Shown here in pieces: positions 10,246 through 23,397 of a DNA stretch of 64,000 nt. A model generated the notes under the pieces. The model saw only the letters and a list, made by a program, of their open reading frames with translations. It did not search any database and had not been told where the DNA came from. This stretch comes from Mollicutes bacterium (lineage in GTDB: Bacteria > Bacillota_I > Bacilli_A > Mycoplasmatales > MT37): contig JARVCM010000013.1 of the NCBI GenBank assembly GCA_029976705.1, positions 5,612 to 69,611 on the forward strand, given 5' to 3'. Both the position numbers and the translations under genes were made by a program. Position 1 is the first letter of the stretch. Every line of letters starts with the position of its first letter.

Positions 10246-12516
10246 ATGCTCATTAGTCGTCGTTTAATTACAAATTTTATTAATCTTGATTCCATCAGCA
10301 ATGTTGAAATTATAGAAGCGCTTAATAATTGCGGATTTGAAACATCCATCATTCACAATTATCAAGAATTAAATCAAAAATTAAAAGTAGTTAAAATATT
10401 AAGTAAAAATAAACATTCTGTTTTAAATAGACTTAACATTTGTCAAGTTCACAACGGTGATAAAACACTTTCTATTGTTTGTGGTGCTGATAATTTTCAG
10501 ATAGGAGATAAAGTAATTTTGGCCCCAGTCGGCATTACTTTAAACAATAATATTATGATTAAAAAACGAAAATTTATTGATGTTTATTCCGAAGGAATGT
10601 TGTGTTCGTGACCAGAATTAGGATTTAACAATCAAAATAAAAACCAAAAAGAAATTGCGATTTTACCAAATAAAGCTAAAGAAGGAACTAAACCATTAAA
10701 CTATGTTTTTTTAAACGACTGTCTTTTTGATGTCAAACATCCATTAAACCAAAAAAAAAGTGGAACCGTTTTTATTATTGCGCAATATCTTGCCAAATAT
10801 TTTAATATTCCTTTTTTAAAGCAAAAAACAATAAATTATCATTCAATTATCACTTCAAAAAAAACTCAAAATAATTTTATTGGTTTCGCGTCAGTTACTT
10901 TTCAAAATAAAAAAAACAGTCCTCAATGATTAAAAAGTCAATTATCACTTCATCAAAAAAATATCACTGATAATATTTTTTTTGATTTAGCAACTTATGT
11001 TGCTTTAGAAACAGGGGTTAAAAACGAAATTGTTTTAAATACTTCGCCATTAACAATTAAGGAAAAAAAAGAAATTAATTCTCCCTTTATTACAAAAAGA
11101 AAATTATTGAAACATTCCAAAACAACTAACTGTTTAGATATTTATAGCATTTCTGGTGAGCAAAATAATCAAAAATTAATGCCTTTTTTTACTCATTTAG
11201 CGCATCAACGTTATTTATCTTTATTAAAAAAAGAAATGGATCTTTCAGTGATTAATATTGATAATTGAGAAAGCAAATTGAGTGAATTAACACAACAAAC
11301 TCAAAAAATAGAAATTGATTATATCAATCGCATTTTAGGAACAAATTTTACTTTTTTGGAATTAAAAAAAATATTTCAAAATACTGAATTTGAATTGATA
11401 TTGCAAAAACCAAAGACAATTAAATTTATCTTGCCTAAATATCATTATTGAAAAAATGACAACGAAATTATTAGCGAAATTATTAAATTTTACAATATTA
11501 ACAAAATTCCGGAAAAATTTTTTGCAATTCAAGAAAATAATTACAACATTAATCCTACAACTAATTTTTTAAGCAAAATAAACAAATACTTATTAAATTT
11601 AGGTCTGCAAAGAGTTAAAACTTTTTCTTTGCAAAAAAGACAAATTTCACCAGATCCAACAATTATTTATCTGGAAACAAAAAAAGAACATCAGCAATTA
11701 TCAAAATCATTAATTGATAATCTTAATGATGTAAATTTAACAAACAGCAACAACATTTTCACTATTGATAAAACTTTCTTTCAACAACAAAAAAAATTCA
11801 TTGAAGAATTAAAATTAGGCATTATTTGAAAAAATTGTTGAATTAATAATTCTCTAGCTCAAGAAAAAATAAAAATAAATGAAAATTTTTTAATTCTTAT
11901 TGTTCAAAATATTCTCAATATTTTAACTTTAGATAGTCAAAAGTTATTCAAAACAGTTCCTAATATTGTCAAAAACAACAGTGAAATTCCTGTTTATAGT
12001 TCTAATAATTTTTTTAACAGTCAAAGTTTTGAGGACCTTTATTATCACAATACAAATATTGGTCAAATTGGAATGCTAAATGCTAAATTATCTCAAAAAA
12101 TAAACAATGGTTTTTATCTAGAACTGAATTTATCTCAACTTTTTCAACTTATTCCAAATCCTGTGCAAAAACTTGTCTTTAAAGAAACAAATATAGATAA
12201 ACGTTTAATTTATCAAGATTTTTCTTTTGAAATAGAAGGGGTTTGAACTCCTAAAGTTTATTTACCATTAAAAAATAAAAAAATATTAGAATTAAATTTT
12301 TTTGAATACATTATTGAGCAAATTCAAAGTTGTGATGACAAAATTATTAAAATGGAATTAATTGACTTTTATCAAAAACAAAAATTTACTTTTCGTATTT
12401 GAAAAAACAAAGATTTGCAAAACAAGGAAAAAGAAAGTTATCTTTTCCATAAATTAGAAAAGAAATTAAAAAGTCTAAAAAATGTTAAAATATTTGAAAA
12501 AGAGAAAAAAAAGTAA
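10246..12516 (+). CDS. pheT: phenylalanyl-tRNA synthetase beta subunit
   Basis: Immediately follows pheS. The N-terminal tRNA-binding-like region LSIVCGADNFQIGDKVILAPVG..SEGMLCSW is typical of PheT. 756 codons are open in code 4. Confidence 0.85.
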
Positions 12517-12708
12517 ATGGCAGTTCCTAAGCATCGCACCTCCAAACAAAAAAAACGCCAAAGACGTTCTCATTGACATTTATCGCCGTTGGAATTAATT
12601 GGTTGTTCTAATTGTGGAATCAAAAAAAAACCTCATATTGTTTGCTCTAATTGTGGTTTTTATAAAAACGAACAAATAATCAAGATCAAGGAAAAGATAA
12701 AAAAATAA
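12517..12708 (+). CDS. rpmF: 50S ribosomal protein L32
   Basis: MAVPKHRTSKQKKRQRRSHW.. plus CxxC..CxxC zinc ribbon. Confidence 0.88.
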
Positions 12709-12751
12709 TCCTTTTTTTAACTTCATAATCCTAAAAAAGCATAAGTAAAAT

Positions 12752-13924
12752 ATGGAAGCAATTAATAAAAAAGAAACTTATGCAATTGTAGATATTCAAG
12801 ATCAATATTTAAGTTTAATTGTTACCTTTTATCAAAATTCACAATTTTATATTCTTTTTAATGAGCGTATTTATCACAATCATAACCAAGGAAGTAAAAG
12901 TTTTTCTAAAATTTTTAAACAAGGTAAAATTTTTAATAATTTAATTAAGCAAGCAGAAAAAGAACTGAAAATATCACTAAAAAATATTAGTTATAACTTG
13001 CCAATAAAAAATATCAAGATTATTCCCCATGAATATTTTTATAAATTTAGTGAACCAACACTTTTTAACGAAAGAATTTTAAACAACATTAACGAAGAAT
13101 TTTTAAAAAGTTATCAAAGAAAAAAACAATATCAAAATTTTTTATTCAAAATCAATAAATATATTTTATTAGATCAAAAAGAATCTTTCTCCAAACCCCC
13201 ATTTCAAAGAATACTTAGTTCAATTAAAATTTCTGGTTTTCTTTATCAAGCAGAATGAAAACAAATTTATAAATATTCAGAAATTTTCAAAATTACCAAA
13301 AAACAACCATTTCGTCCGATTTTATTGCCTTATGCTATTTATATCAACATTTTGTTTTCAGAACGCACCAAAAAAACTGTTTTAGTAATGTGAAACGAAG
13401 ATAAAATCCAAGTTTTTATTTTTGAAAAGAAAATTTTTACACATGTTTTTGAAATAAAAAAAGAACTTAATCTACTTTTGAATCAAATTATCAACAAATT
13501 AAATGTTGATAAAGAAGATATTAAAAAATATCTTTATAATCTGTTTAATTTAAATGAAATTAATCAAAATGATCAAAAATTGAAATTTTTAAATGATTTA
13601 CAAGGCAAACAATTAAAAAATATTCGCCAAACAATTACCGAAAAAATTATTAATTATTTAGATAAAGTGGTTGATGAGATTCAATTCATTATTGAAGAAA
13701 AATTAATTTTAAACACCAAAGATACAACAATTTTTGTTTTTGGTGATGTTACAAAAATTAGTGGTTTTAATGATTATATTCAAACAATTCAAAAAAAATG
13801 AAAATGAAAAGTGCAAATTAATCATTTTACAGGATTAAAAAGTTCTGAAGATGCATATTTAATTGGCAATGCTTATTATCATCATTTACAAAATAAACTG
13901 TCATTGATTAAACAATCAAAGTAA
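12752..13924 (+). CDS. ftsA: divergent FtsA-like cell-division protein
   Basis: Position directly upstream of ftsZ and a length of 390 aa. The N-terminus YAIVDIQDQYLSLIV resembles the actin-fold phosphate-1 strand but is degenerate. Three track pieces join in frame. Confidence 0.5.
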
Positions 13925-13971
13925 AATTAGTGTAAAAAAGGATTAAAATATATAAAAAAGAATTAAATTCA

Positions 13972-15111
13972 ATGCAAAACGAAGAAACATATCGTACAGT
14001 TAAAATTAAAGTTATCGGTGTTGGTGGCGCAGGATGTAATGCGGTCAATCACATGATTGATTACGGAATTGAAGGAGTAAAATTCATCTCAGCAAATACA
14101 GATGCGCAAGCATTGTTAAACTCAATCTCAAATGAAAAAATCAATTTAGGAAAAAAAAAATTAAAAGGTTTAGGCGCCGGTGGTATTCCGGATATTGGTT
14201 CAAAAGCTGCACTTGAAAGCGAAGCAGAAATTAGAAATTTACTTGAAGATATTGATATGTTATTTGTCATTTCCGGGATGGGTGGAGGCACAGGCACAGG
14301 AGCGGCGCCAATCATTTGTAAAATCGCTAAAGAAATGAAAATTTTAGTAATCGCTGTAGTAACTAGACCATTTAATTTTGAAGGGCGTTTACGTGTCACT
14401 AACGCTAATAAAGGTATTGAAAATTTAAAAAAAAACGTTGACTCTATGATTATTATTTCAAACGATAAACTTTTAGAAATTTATGGAAATAATCCTTTGT
14501 ACGATTCATTTAATAACGCTGACGAAACACTTCGTCAAGCTGTACAAAGTATTACTGATTTAGTTGTTTTACCTGCAAAAATAAATCTTGATTTTGCCGA
14601 TATTCGTACGGTATTTTTAGACAAAAAAAACGCATTGTTTGGTATTGGTATTGGTATTGGTAAACGTAAAGCAATTGACGCAACAAGGGAAGCGGTAAAT
14701 TGTAAATTATTAGAAGCTTCTATCAAAGGTATTAAAAACGCAATTGTTAATTTCACCGGGGGAACAACAACAACTTTATTTGACATTAACGATAGTATTG
14801 ATTACATTAAAAAAGAAGCAGGGAATGAAATTAATGTTATTTTTGGTCTAAAAATTAACAAAGAAATGGGCGATAAAATGATAGTAGCGATTATTGGAAC
14901 TGAATTCAACGAAGAAGAAGTTCGTTATGCTAATCCTGATTATATTAAAAAAATTCGTAATAGAGGTCGCGAAGAAGAGATTAATTCATCAAAAACAAAT
15001 AGCGAAAAAGATTATTCTAGTATCAAAGAAACAAATATTGAAAACAATAAAGCGAAAAAAAATACAAATGAAAGTGATGATGATGATTTACCTTCATTTA
15101 TGAAATGATAA
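13972..15111 (+). CDS. ftsZ: cell-division GTPase FtsZ
   Basis: GVGGAGCNAVNHM, the tubulin signature GGGTGTGAAP and NADE. TGA at 15106 is followed by TAA at 15109. Confidence 0.95.
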
Positions 15112-15138
15112 AAAAGCAACTAGGAGAAAGAGATAAAA

Positions 15139-15444
15139 ATGAGTTTTTTAAAAAAATGATGAAAAAATAAATTAAATAAAAGCAGCAACGACGTAAACAC
15201 TAGTCAAGAAGTAGACAGCGACAGCAATCTTTATAAATTTAAATTAAGTTCTTTTAGTGAAGTGGTTTATGTTTCTAAAATTTTATTAAAAAAAGAAAAA
15301 GTTTTAATTAATCTCAACGAAATAGAAAAAGCAGAAAGAAGAAGAATTTTAGATTTTTTAAGTGGTGTGATTTTTTTTAAAAACGGTAAAGCAAAAAAAC
15401 TCAAAGATCATATTTATTATTTTTCTTTAAAATCAACATTTTAA
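15139..15444 (+). CDS. sepF: SepF-like cell-division protein
   Basis: Immediately downstream of ftsZ, about 100 aa. C-terminal core ..VLINLNEIEKAERRRILDFLSGVIFF.. matches the SepF/DUF552 pattern. Confidence 0.7.
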
Positions 15445-15463
15445 TTCGTAATTAATTAAACAA

Positions 15464-18280
15464 ATGAAAACTAAGGATCTTAATATTTTTAACAGTTCCT
15501 TTGGAATTAGAGCAAATTTAAAAAATAAAGAAATAGAAATTCAAAATTTTTGAAAAAAAATAAATTTATTGCAAGAAATCACAAAAAAGAAGCAGAAATT
15601 TTTTTGCCTTCATATTGGTCCGCCATATGCTAACGGCAATGTTCATATCGGACATGCATTAAATTTTATTTTAAAAGACTTTGCTTTACGCTTTCATTCT
15701 TTAAATAATTACCAAATTCTTGCTATTCCTGGATGAGATACACACGGATTACCAATTGCTTTGTCAGTAACCAAACAAAATAATTTGAAAACCCCTGTTA
15801 ACAAAAACACAAGTATTGATTTTCGACAAAAATGTGCTCAATTTGCCCAAAAACAAGTGCAAAAACAAACTCAACAACTTGAAAGATTAGGAACACAAAT
15901 TAATTTTCAAGAAAAATATCTAACCCTTACTTCTGATTATGTTGCTCAACAATTACGTATTTTTGCGAAAATGGTAGCAAAAAAATTAATTTTTCGTAGC
16001 ATTAAACCTGTCTATTGATCATGATCTTCACAAACCGCGCTCGCTGATACAGAAGTAAAATATCTGGCAAAAAAAAGCACATCTATTTTTATCTTATTCT
16101 CTGTAGAAAAAAACAAAAATATTCCTATAAATAGCGCTTTTTTAGTTTGAACAACCACACCATGAACAATTCCAGCTAATCAATTTTTAGCAATTAATAT
16201 TGAAATTGAATATGTTTTAATTCAAATTTCTCAAATTAAAAAAAATATTATTGTTGCTAAAAAACTATTTCATCGTTTGCAAAAAGAATTATCACCATTA
16301 ACTGAAGCTAAAATTATAAAATCGTGAAAGGGTAAAACATTAATTGGTTCTAAATATTTTCATCCTTATCTAAATCTTGCGTCAACCGTGTTACATTCAG
16401 AACACGTCAATTTAAACGAAGGAACTGGTGTTGTTCATGTTGCGCCTGCTCATGGATTGGAAGATTTTTATTTAGTAAAACAAATGGTAGATGTTGTTTG
16501 TACTGTTGATCACAAGGGTTTTTTTAATGAAAAAACATTGGATAGAGATCTTAAGGGGAAGTTTTACATTGAAGCAGAAAAAATTATTATGAAAAAATTA
16601 CAACAAACAAACAGTCTTTTGGGTGAAAAAGAAATTATTCATCAATATCCACACGATTGAAGAACAAAAAAACCAGTAATTTATCGAACAACTGATCAGT
16701 GATATTTAAACCTGTTACCTTTAAAAACAAAAATTAAAAAATTAATTCAACAAATGGAATGAATTCCATCTTGAGGCAAAAAAAGAATGACAAAAATATT
16801 AAAAGCGCGAAATGATTGATGTTTGTCAAGACAAAGAAAATGGGGTGTTCCTATCCCTGTTTTTATAAACAAAAATCAAAAACCGGTTTTAAATGTTGAA
16901 ATTGTTCAACACATTGCTGATTTAATTGAAAAAAACAATGATAATTTATGATGGAAACAAGAAATATCACAACTTTTGACACCTCAACAAATTACTAAAT
17001 ATCAAATTGTTGACAAAACTGACGATACTTTTGATGTGTGATTTGATTCTGGTTGTTCCGCACAAATTGTACATCCTGAAAATTCTATTTCACTAATTTG
17101 AGAAGGCAACGATCAATATCGTGGTTGATTTAATTCTTTAATTATTGTTGCTGCTTTAGAAAATAAACAGCAAATTAAAAAAGTTCTTACTCACGGCTTT
17201 GTCAATGATGTCTCAGGAAGAAAAATGTCTAAATCAGAAGGAAATGTAGTTGATCCTCTTGAAATATGTCAAACATACGGCGCCGATGTCTTACGATTAT
17301 GAGTAGGATCTAGCAATTATTTTGAAGATTTAAGTTTAGATAAAAATGTAATTGAAAGCACTGCAAAAAATTATGTTAAAATCCGCAATACAATTCGTTT
17401 TCTTATTAATAATTTAGTTGATTTTGATATCAAAACAAATTATTGTGAAATTTTAACAGAAATTGATTATTTAATTTTAATAAAAACAAACATTTTAATT
17501 GAAAAAGTAACTAAATATTTTCAAAAATTTCAATTTCATTTAGCATATCAATTATTAAATAATTTTGCCATTAATGATTTATCTAGTTCTTATTTTGATT
17601 ATGCTAAAAAAATTCTTTATCCTAGTTCAAAAAACACTTTAGAAAGAAGGCAAATTCAAACTACTTTTTTTTTTATTTTAGAAAAATTAATTGTTCTTTG
17701 AGCGCCGTTCATTCCGCACACAATTGAAGAAGCATATCAAACAATTAATTGAAAAAATAAACAAAAATCAGTTCATTTACTTCATTGACCAAAAAAAATT
17801 AATTTAAATTTGAATCCAAAAACAGAAAACAAAATTTTATTAAAATGAAAATTTATTAAAGAAATGAAAAAAAATATTCACAAAATTTTAGAAGTTGCAG
17901 TTAAAGCAAAAAAAATTACACTTTTTAAAGAAGCGATCGTTTTTATTAATTATGATAAAAAATACAAATTATTCAAAAATAAATTAGATTATCAATCTTT
18001 TTGTCAGCAATTTGCATTAAAAAACAAAGATAATTATCAAAATATTAATGATTTATTTAACAACTTTATTCAAGAAATTGAAAAAATACAAAATATTCAT
18101 TTCTTTTGAAAAACACAAAAAGTTATTTTCAAAAATATTAAAAAAGGTACAAAAACAGATTGTGGTTATATTTGATTTGAAAAAATTAATAATCCTTTAT
18201 GCCAACGTTGTAATTTAAACGAGAGCTTAAAAAAACAAGTTAATTGTAACTCATGTCAAACAACTTCAAAACTTCAATAA
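15464..18280 (+). CDS. ileS: isoleucyl-tRNA synthetase
   Basis: [16 protein letters not shown] (HIGH) and KMSKSEGN (KMSKS). C-terminal Cys cluster. 938 codons are open in code 4. Confidence 0.92.
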
Positions 18281-18795
18281 AAAAAAAATCTAATCAATGA
18301 TGAAAAAGAATTTTATTATTTACACTATTTAGTGCTATTTTATTGATTATCGGACAATTAATAAAATATTATCTTGTTGCTAATCATGCAATAGATAATA
18401 AATGAATTTATCAATCTGCTTGATTAGGAATAAAAATTAAGTTAAATAAATCTATTCTTTGAAAAAACATACAAATCAATAGTTTTACAACTATTATTAT
18501 CTTACAATCTTTGGTCATAATTTCTTTGGGGATTATTATTTTTTGATGAAGAAAAAAATGAATCAGCTTAATTTTAATTCTGATTTTTTTTGGTGGGTTA
18601 GGAAATTTTATTAATCGTTTATGATATTCACCGTGAGTAATTGATTATTTATCCTTAAAAATTAATGAAATAATTTATTTTAATTTGGAAGACTTAATGA
18701 TTCTTGTTGGAATAATTATTTTAAATTTATTTATAATTACTAAAATTATTATTTGAATAAAAACTGAAACAAATAATTACAAAAACAAAAAATAA
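18253..18795 (+). CDS. lspA: lipoprotein signal peptidase II
   Basis: GGLGNFINRLW..VIDYL motif in a polytopic protein. The only in-frame ATG is at 18253, 28 nt inside the ileS 3' end. Confidence 0.7.
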
Positions 18796-18807
18796 ATTAA
18801 TTTAAAT

Positions 18808-19473
18808 ATGAATACAAAGATATCATTTATACCAAAAATTATTTATGAAGATAAAGATTTTCTCATTGTAAACAAACCTCCTGGAATGGTAGTGCATCAT
18901 GATTTACATCATCATCATGATACGCTTTGAGATTTTGTAAAAAATAAATTGCAATTTGAAAATAACATCAAAAAAACTGGAATCGTTCATCGTTTAGATA
19001 AACCTACAAGCGGTTTGTTGGTAATTGCGCGCAACTTGTCCACTTGATTATTTTTTAAAAAAAAAATGCAAAAACGTAAAATAAAACGTAAATATTTTGC
19101 TTTAGTTCAAGGTATTGTTAAAGAAAAAAAATTCACAGTGGACGTTTCTCTTACAAAACCAGGAAAATATAAACGCGTTCACACCAAACCTACAGGCGCC
19201 AAAGCAATTACTCATTTTCAAATAATTCAAATTTTTGCCAAACGTAAACAAACACTTTTAGAATGCGAATTAGAAACGGGGCGAACACATCAAATTCGTG
19301 GACATTTAAAATTTCTTAATTTTCCAATCATCAACGATCCTCTTTATCAAGGGGGCAAAAACAATTACATTTATTTACATGCTTATTATTTATCTCTTCC
19401 TCACCCTTTGACAAAAAAAGAAATGGAATTTAAAATTGATTTACCATTATATTTTCAAAAAAAATTATCTTAA
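18808..19473 (+). CDS. rluD: RluA-family pseudouridine synthase (no S4 domain)
   Basis: NKPPGMVVHH, HRLDKPTSGLLV (catalytic Asp) and GRTHQIRGHL motifs. Confidence 0.8.
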
Positions 19474-19537
19474 AAACAAATTATCTTTAACATGTTAATG
19501 TATAATTTCATTAGTTAAATAAAATAAAATAAATCAA

Positions 19538-20497
19538 ATGTTTATAAACAAAATTTTAAGTAAATTCTCTTTAAAAAGGTTTTCAAATGGTAGAACAAAC
19601 GAAAAATCATTAAAAGATTCTTTTTTGGCCAAAATAAGAAAAAAAGAAGCGGCAAAAAAACTTTTCAAAGACATCAAATATCGTGATTTAAGTAAAACTC
19701 CGGTATTTTTAACTTTAATTACAATTATTTTTATTACTAACTGTCTTGTTTACTTTCTTGTGTTGATTAAAAACAAAATTGGTTTAGAAGGTTTAGATTC
19801 TTCTTTATACCCTCTTTTTTTTGGCGCCAATCATTTTTCATCAATCATTGAAGGAAAGCAAGTTTGACGTTTATTTACTTTTGTTTTCATTGAAAATAAT
19901 TCTAGTTTTTTTCAATTCATTATTTCTTTAGTTTTTGTTTGATTTACTTTCAGTAAAATTGGTTTTTTTCAAGAATTATTTTTAGGAACAAAAAAAAGTT
20001 TAATTATTTGGGGTTTTGGGGTTTTGGTTTTAAGTCTCACGCAGTTCGTTTTAACTAAAAATGAAGCTGTATATTATTATGGAACTGAATATTTGTCTTG
20101 AATATCAATTGGTGCTTTAACTTATTTAATTGTCAGCGACTCTATCAAAAACGATCAAGCGCGTGCTTTAATCACTTCTACATTAATAAAAGGTTTGCTT
20201 TTATTGATTATTTTTGCAATTATTAAGTACACCAACATTGAAAAAAGTATTGAACAAGATAATGAACTTTTAAGAATTACTGGTTTTTACATTGCTTTCC
20301 CGGTTTTAGCATTTTTTATCGGTTTTTCAATTACTTTAATACTTAATTATAAAAAAGTAAATAGCAATATTGCCCTTTACGGTGTTGGTATTTTTTTTAT
20401 TTTGTTATTAATAATTCTTGGTTCTATCGGAATTTGAAGTTTAAGAAAAATCAATTTAGGTACAAATACTTGAGACAAAATTAAAAATTTTTATTAA
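19538..20497 (+). CDS. polytopic membrane protein (weakly rhomboid-like)
   Basis: 319 codons are open in code 4 with several TM segments. The GKQVWRLFTFVF segment recalls the rhomboid WR motif, but I did not see a catalytic GxSG. Confidence 0.45.
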
Positions 20498-20509
20498 TTA
20501 CATCTTTTT

Positions 20510-21409
20510 TTAATTTTTTACACCTTTATAATTAAGTTTTACAAATCTTTGTAGAATATCTCATCCATATTGATGAGAAAGTTCTTGAACCAAAATCTTT
20601 ACTTTAGGATTTGCACCAAGCAGAATTGGTCTTTGAAAATATTGAGAAATTTTATCCATTTCTTGTAAAAATAAAAAACGACTAATAATTGAAGCCGCTC
20701 CAACTGCTAAATGTTTGTTTTCTGCTTTTTCTACAAAATTAACAGAAAAAGCAGAGCCTAAATTTAAACGCAAACAATATTTAGTAAATAATCGAGAAGT
20801 GGTATAACCATCAATAATAATTTGTTTTGAATCTTTTAAATGAACAGTTCGTTGTAAAATTTTCACATAATAAAAAGTAATCAACTCTTTTAAATTCATA
20901 GAATTACCAAATTGTAAATTAAATTTATTATTGTCAACAATTTCAAAAAAAAAATTAGATTTATATTCCATTAATTTAGGCGCTAACAACTTTACTTCAG
21001 CATCAGTTAATTGTTTTGAATCTTGAATGGGCAAATTTTGAATAACTTTTAAAAAAGCTAAATCTAAATAAACAACAGTAAGAACTATTGGGCCAAAAAG
21101 GTCTCCTACCCCTGATTCATCACCGCCAAAATAGGGAATTTTATCTTTTTCTTCAAGGGTGTTATTTGACATTTCTAAATTTAAGGTTTGTTCGTTTGGA
21201 AAAAGCAAATAATTATTTTTAAAAAAAATAGTTAAATTTTTTTCTGAACCTTGAATCAAAAGTTTATAACTAGTAAAATAAAAATGCATTGTAATCCCCC
21301 ATTCTGAACCATGTCAATAAAAAGTATTGTGTTGTTTTAATTGTTTTTGAAATGGAAATTTAACAAATAAATTTTGCCTTTGTTTTTCGGTAATTTTAAA
21401 AATTTTCAT
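20510..21409 (-). CDS. rnhC: ribonuclease HIII
   Basis: GGDESGVGDLFGPIV catalytic motif and the N-terminal YFTSYKLLIQG domain. The TGA at 20561 reads through to TAA at 20510-20512. Confidence 0.78.
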
Positions 21410-21445
21410 AATAGTTTAATAATTTATGGTATAAATACTTTCATA

Positions 21446-22432
21446 GTGAACGTTTATTTAAAAACTTTACCTTCTTTAGTTAGCAAAAATTTCATTACTT
21501 CAGAACAAATTTTTTGAATTGATATTGCGATCTTTTCTATTTTAATTGTTTTGCTTGTGATATTGTTTTTTACAAACAACATCTTTTTACAATTCATCAC
21601 TTCATCAATGATGATTATAATGGGAATTGCCTTATTAACATTTGATTTTATTGAACCATATTATAAAGATGCGCAAAATTGATTGATAAAAGAATGAGTC
21701 AATCAAGAAAAAATAGAAGAAGGAATTATCTTATTATTTGAGGAAACAGTCATAAGCAGATTAATTTATTTTTCAGGAATTTTCTTAATTTTTTTCTGAA
21801 TCAGTGTTATTTTATACTTTGCAATAATTAAAAGAAAATATATCACAACTTTTTCATGTTTTATCTTAAAACAAAATTGGTGAAAAATTATTTATGTTCC
21901 TGCGCTCTTAATTCTTTTTGGTTATTATACGTCATTTTTAGTCCCTTTAATCGGCAAAGAAAGAAAAAACAAAAGTTATTTTTTACAATTTACCAAAGCA
22001 GTTAAAATTGACAAAATTACTGATCGTTTTAACAAATTTACATTTTTAGACGAAACAGAAGCAAGTTTAAATAAAATTAAAAAAACAAATAAAAAAGATG
22101 ATGATGTTAAAAAAGCTACTATTCGATTTTTTCTAATAATCAAAAATGATCTCAAACCAATTTACAAAGAATTAGAAAAAAATAAAGATTTTAATAAAAC
22201 AATAAAAATTTGGGAAAAAGAAAGTGATTTTAAAAAATTAAACCAAAAAAAAGCAGATGGAAAAAAAATTACTGATCAAGAAATTGAAAAATTATTGGAA
22301 AATACTAATATCAATTCTGGGATTGAAGATATTTTAGAAAACAAAAATTTTTGAGAAAAAAAAGACAACCTTTCCGATATACTGAAAGACATTAGAAAAA
22401 AAGGATTTTTAAATCTGTTAAAAACTCTATAG
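21446..22432 (+). CDS. hypothetical membrane protein with Lys-rich C-terminal half
   Basis: 328-codon open frame in code 4. Four predicted TM segments, then a charged tail. The GTG start at 21446 is uncertain. Confidence 0.4.
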
Positions 22433-22499
22433 ATAATAAGTTTTTGAAATTAGTAGAAAAATTATATCTATAAATAATTTTGTTTTTTTATAACTTGAT

Positions 22500-23354
22500 A
22501 TGAGCATTAAGCAAAAATTAATGCAATTAAAAATTACACCACAAAAAAAATTAGGACAAAATTTCCTTAATAATGAAGTCATTGCAAAAAAAATAATTCA
22601 AACCTTTAATGTAAAAAAAGATCATAATATTATTGAAATTGGTTCTGGATTAGGAATTTTAACTAAATTTTTAATGATAAAGATTAAGGAAAATAACGAT
22701 CAAAAATTGATTTTAATTGAAAAAGATCAAAAACTCTTTAATTTTCTGAAAAACGAATTTCAAAAAGAAATGAATATTGAATTTTATAATGATGATATTT
22801 TAGAATTTAATTTACAAAAATTAGCAACTACAAAAAAATATCAAGTTATTAGTAATTTACCTTATTCCATTGCCACAGCTATTTTATTTCTTTTTCTCCA
22901 ACAAAGACAAATGTTTTCATCATTATTTTTTTCATTTCCTGAAGAAATTGCTGATAAAATTCTTGCATCAAAAGGAACAAAAAAATATGGTTTTTTAACA
23001 ATAATGACACAATTATTCAGTTTAGTAGAAAAAAAAATCATTTTAAACAAAGAATATTTTTACCCTCTGCCAAAAATAAACAGCGTGTTTTTAGAATTTA
23101 TACCTAAAAAAAAAATAATTGTTAGAAATGCTAGATTATTTTTGGAATTTATCAAAAATTGTTTTAAATATAAAAGAAAAACGCTATTAAATAATTGAAA
23201 AATTTCATATAAATTAGATACAAACACAATTAAAAGGATAATTCCATTTTTATTAAAAAATAATTTTACAAAAAAAACACGACCCGAAACGTGTACATTG
23301 AATGATTTTAAATTATTTTTTAATTATTGAGAAAAAATAGAGAAAGAAAAATAG
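22500..23354 (+). CDS. rsmA: 16S rRNA (adenine1518/1519-N6)-dimethyltransferase
   Basis: LGQNFLNN, EIGSGLGILT and NLPYSI motifs. Confidence 0.9.
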
Positions 23355-23397
23355 TAATTTTTGATAAAATTATCCTGTGTGAGATTTTTTTTTATAT

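Noticed and set aside
14061-14786. Antisense ORFs (112 and 83 aa) inside ftsZ
   Set aside because: They mirror the Gly/Ala-rich FtsZ core on the opposite strand. FtsZ is unambiguous, and the antisense products are Pro/Ile-rich nonsense.
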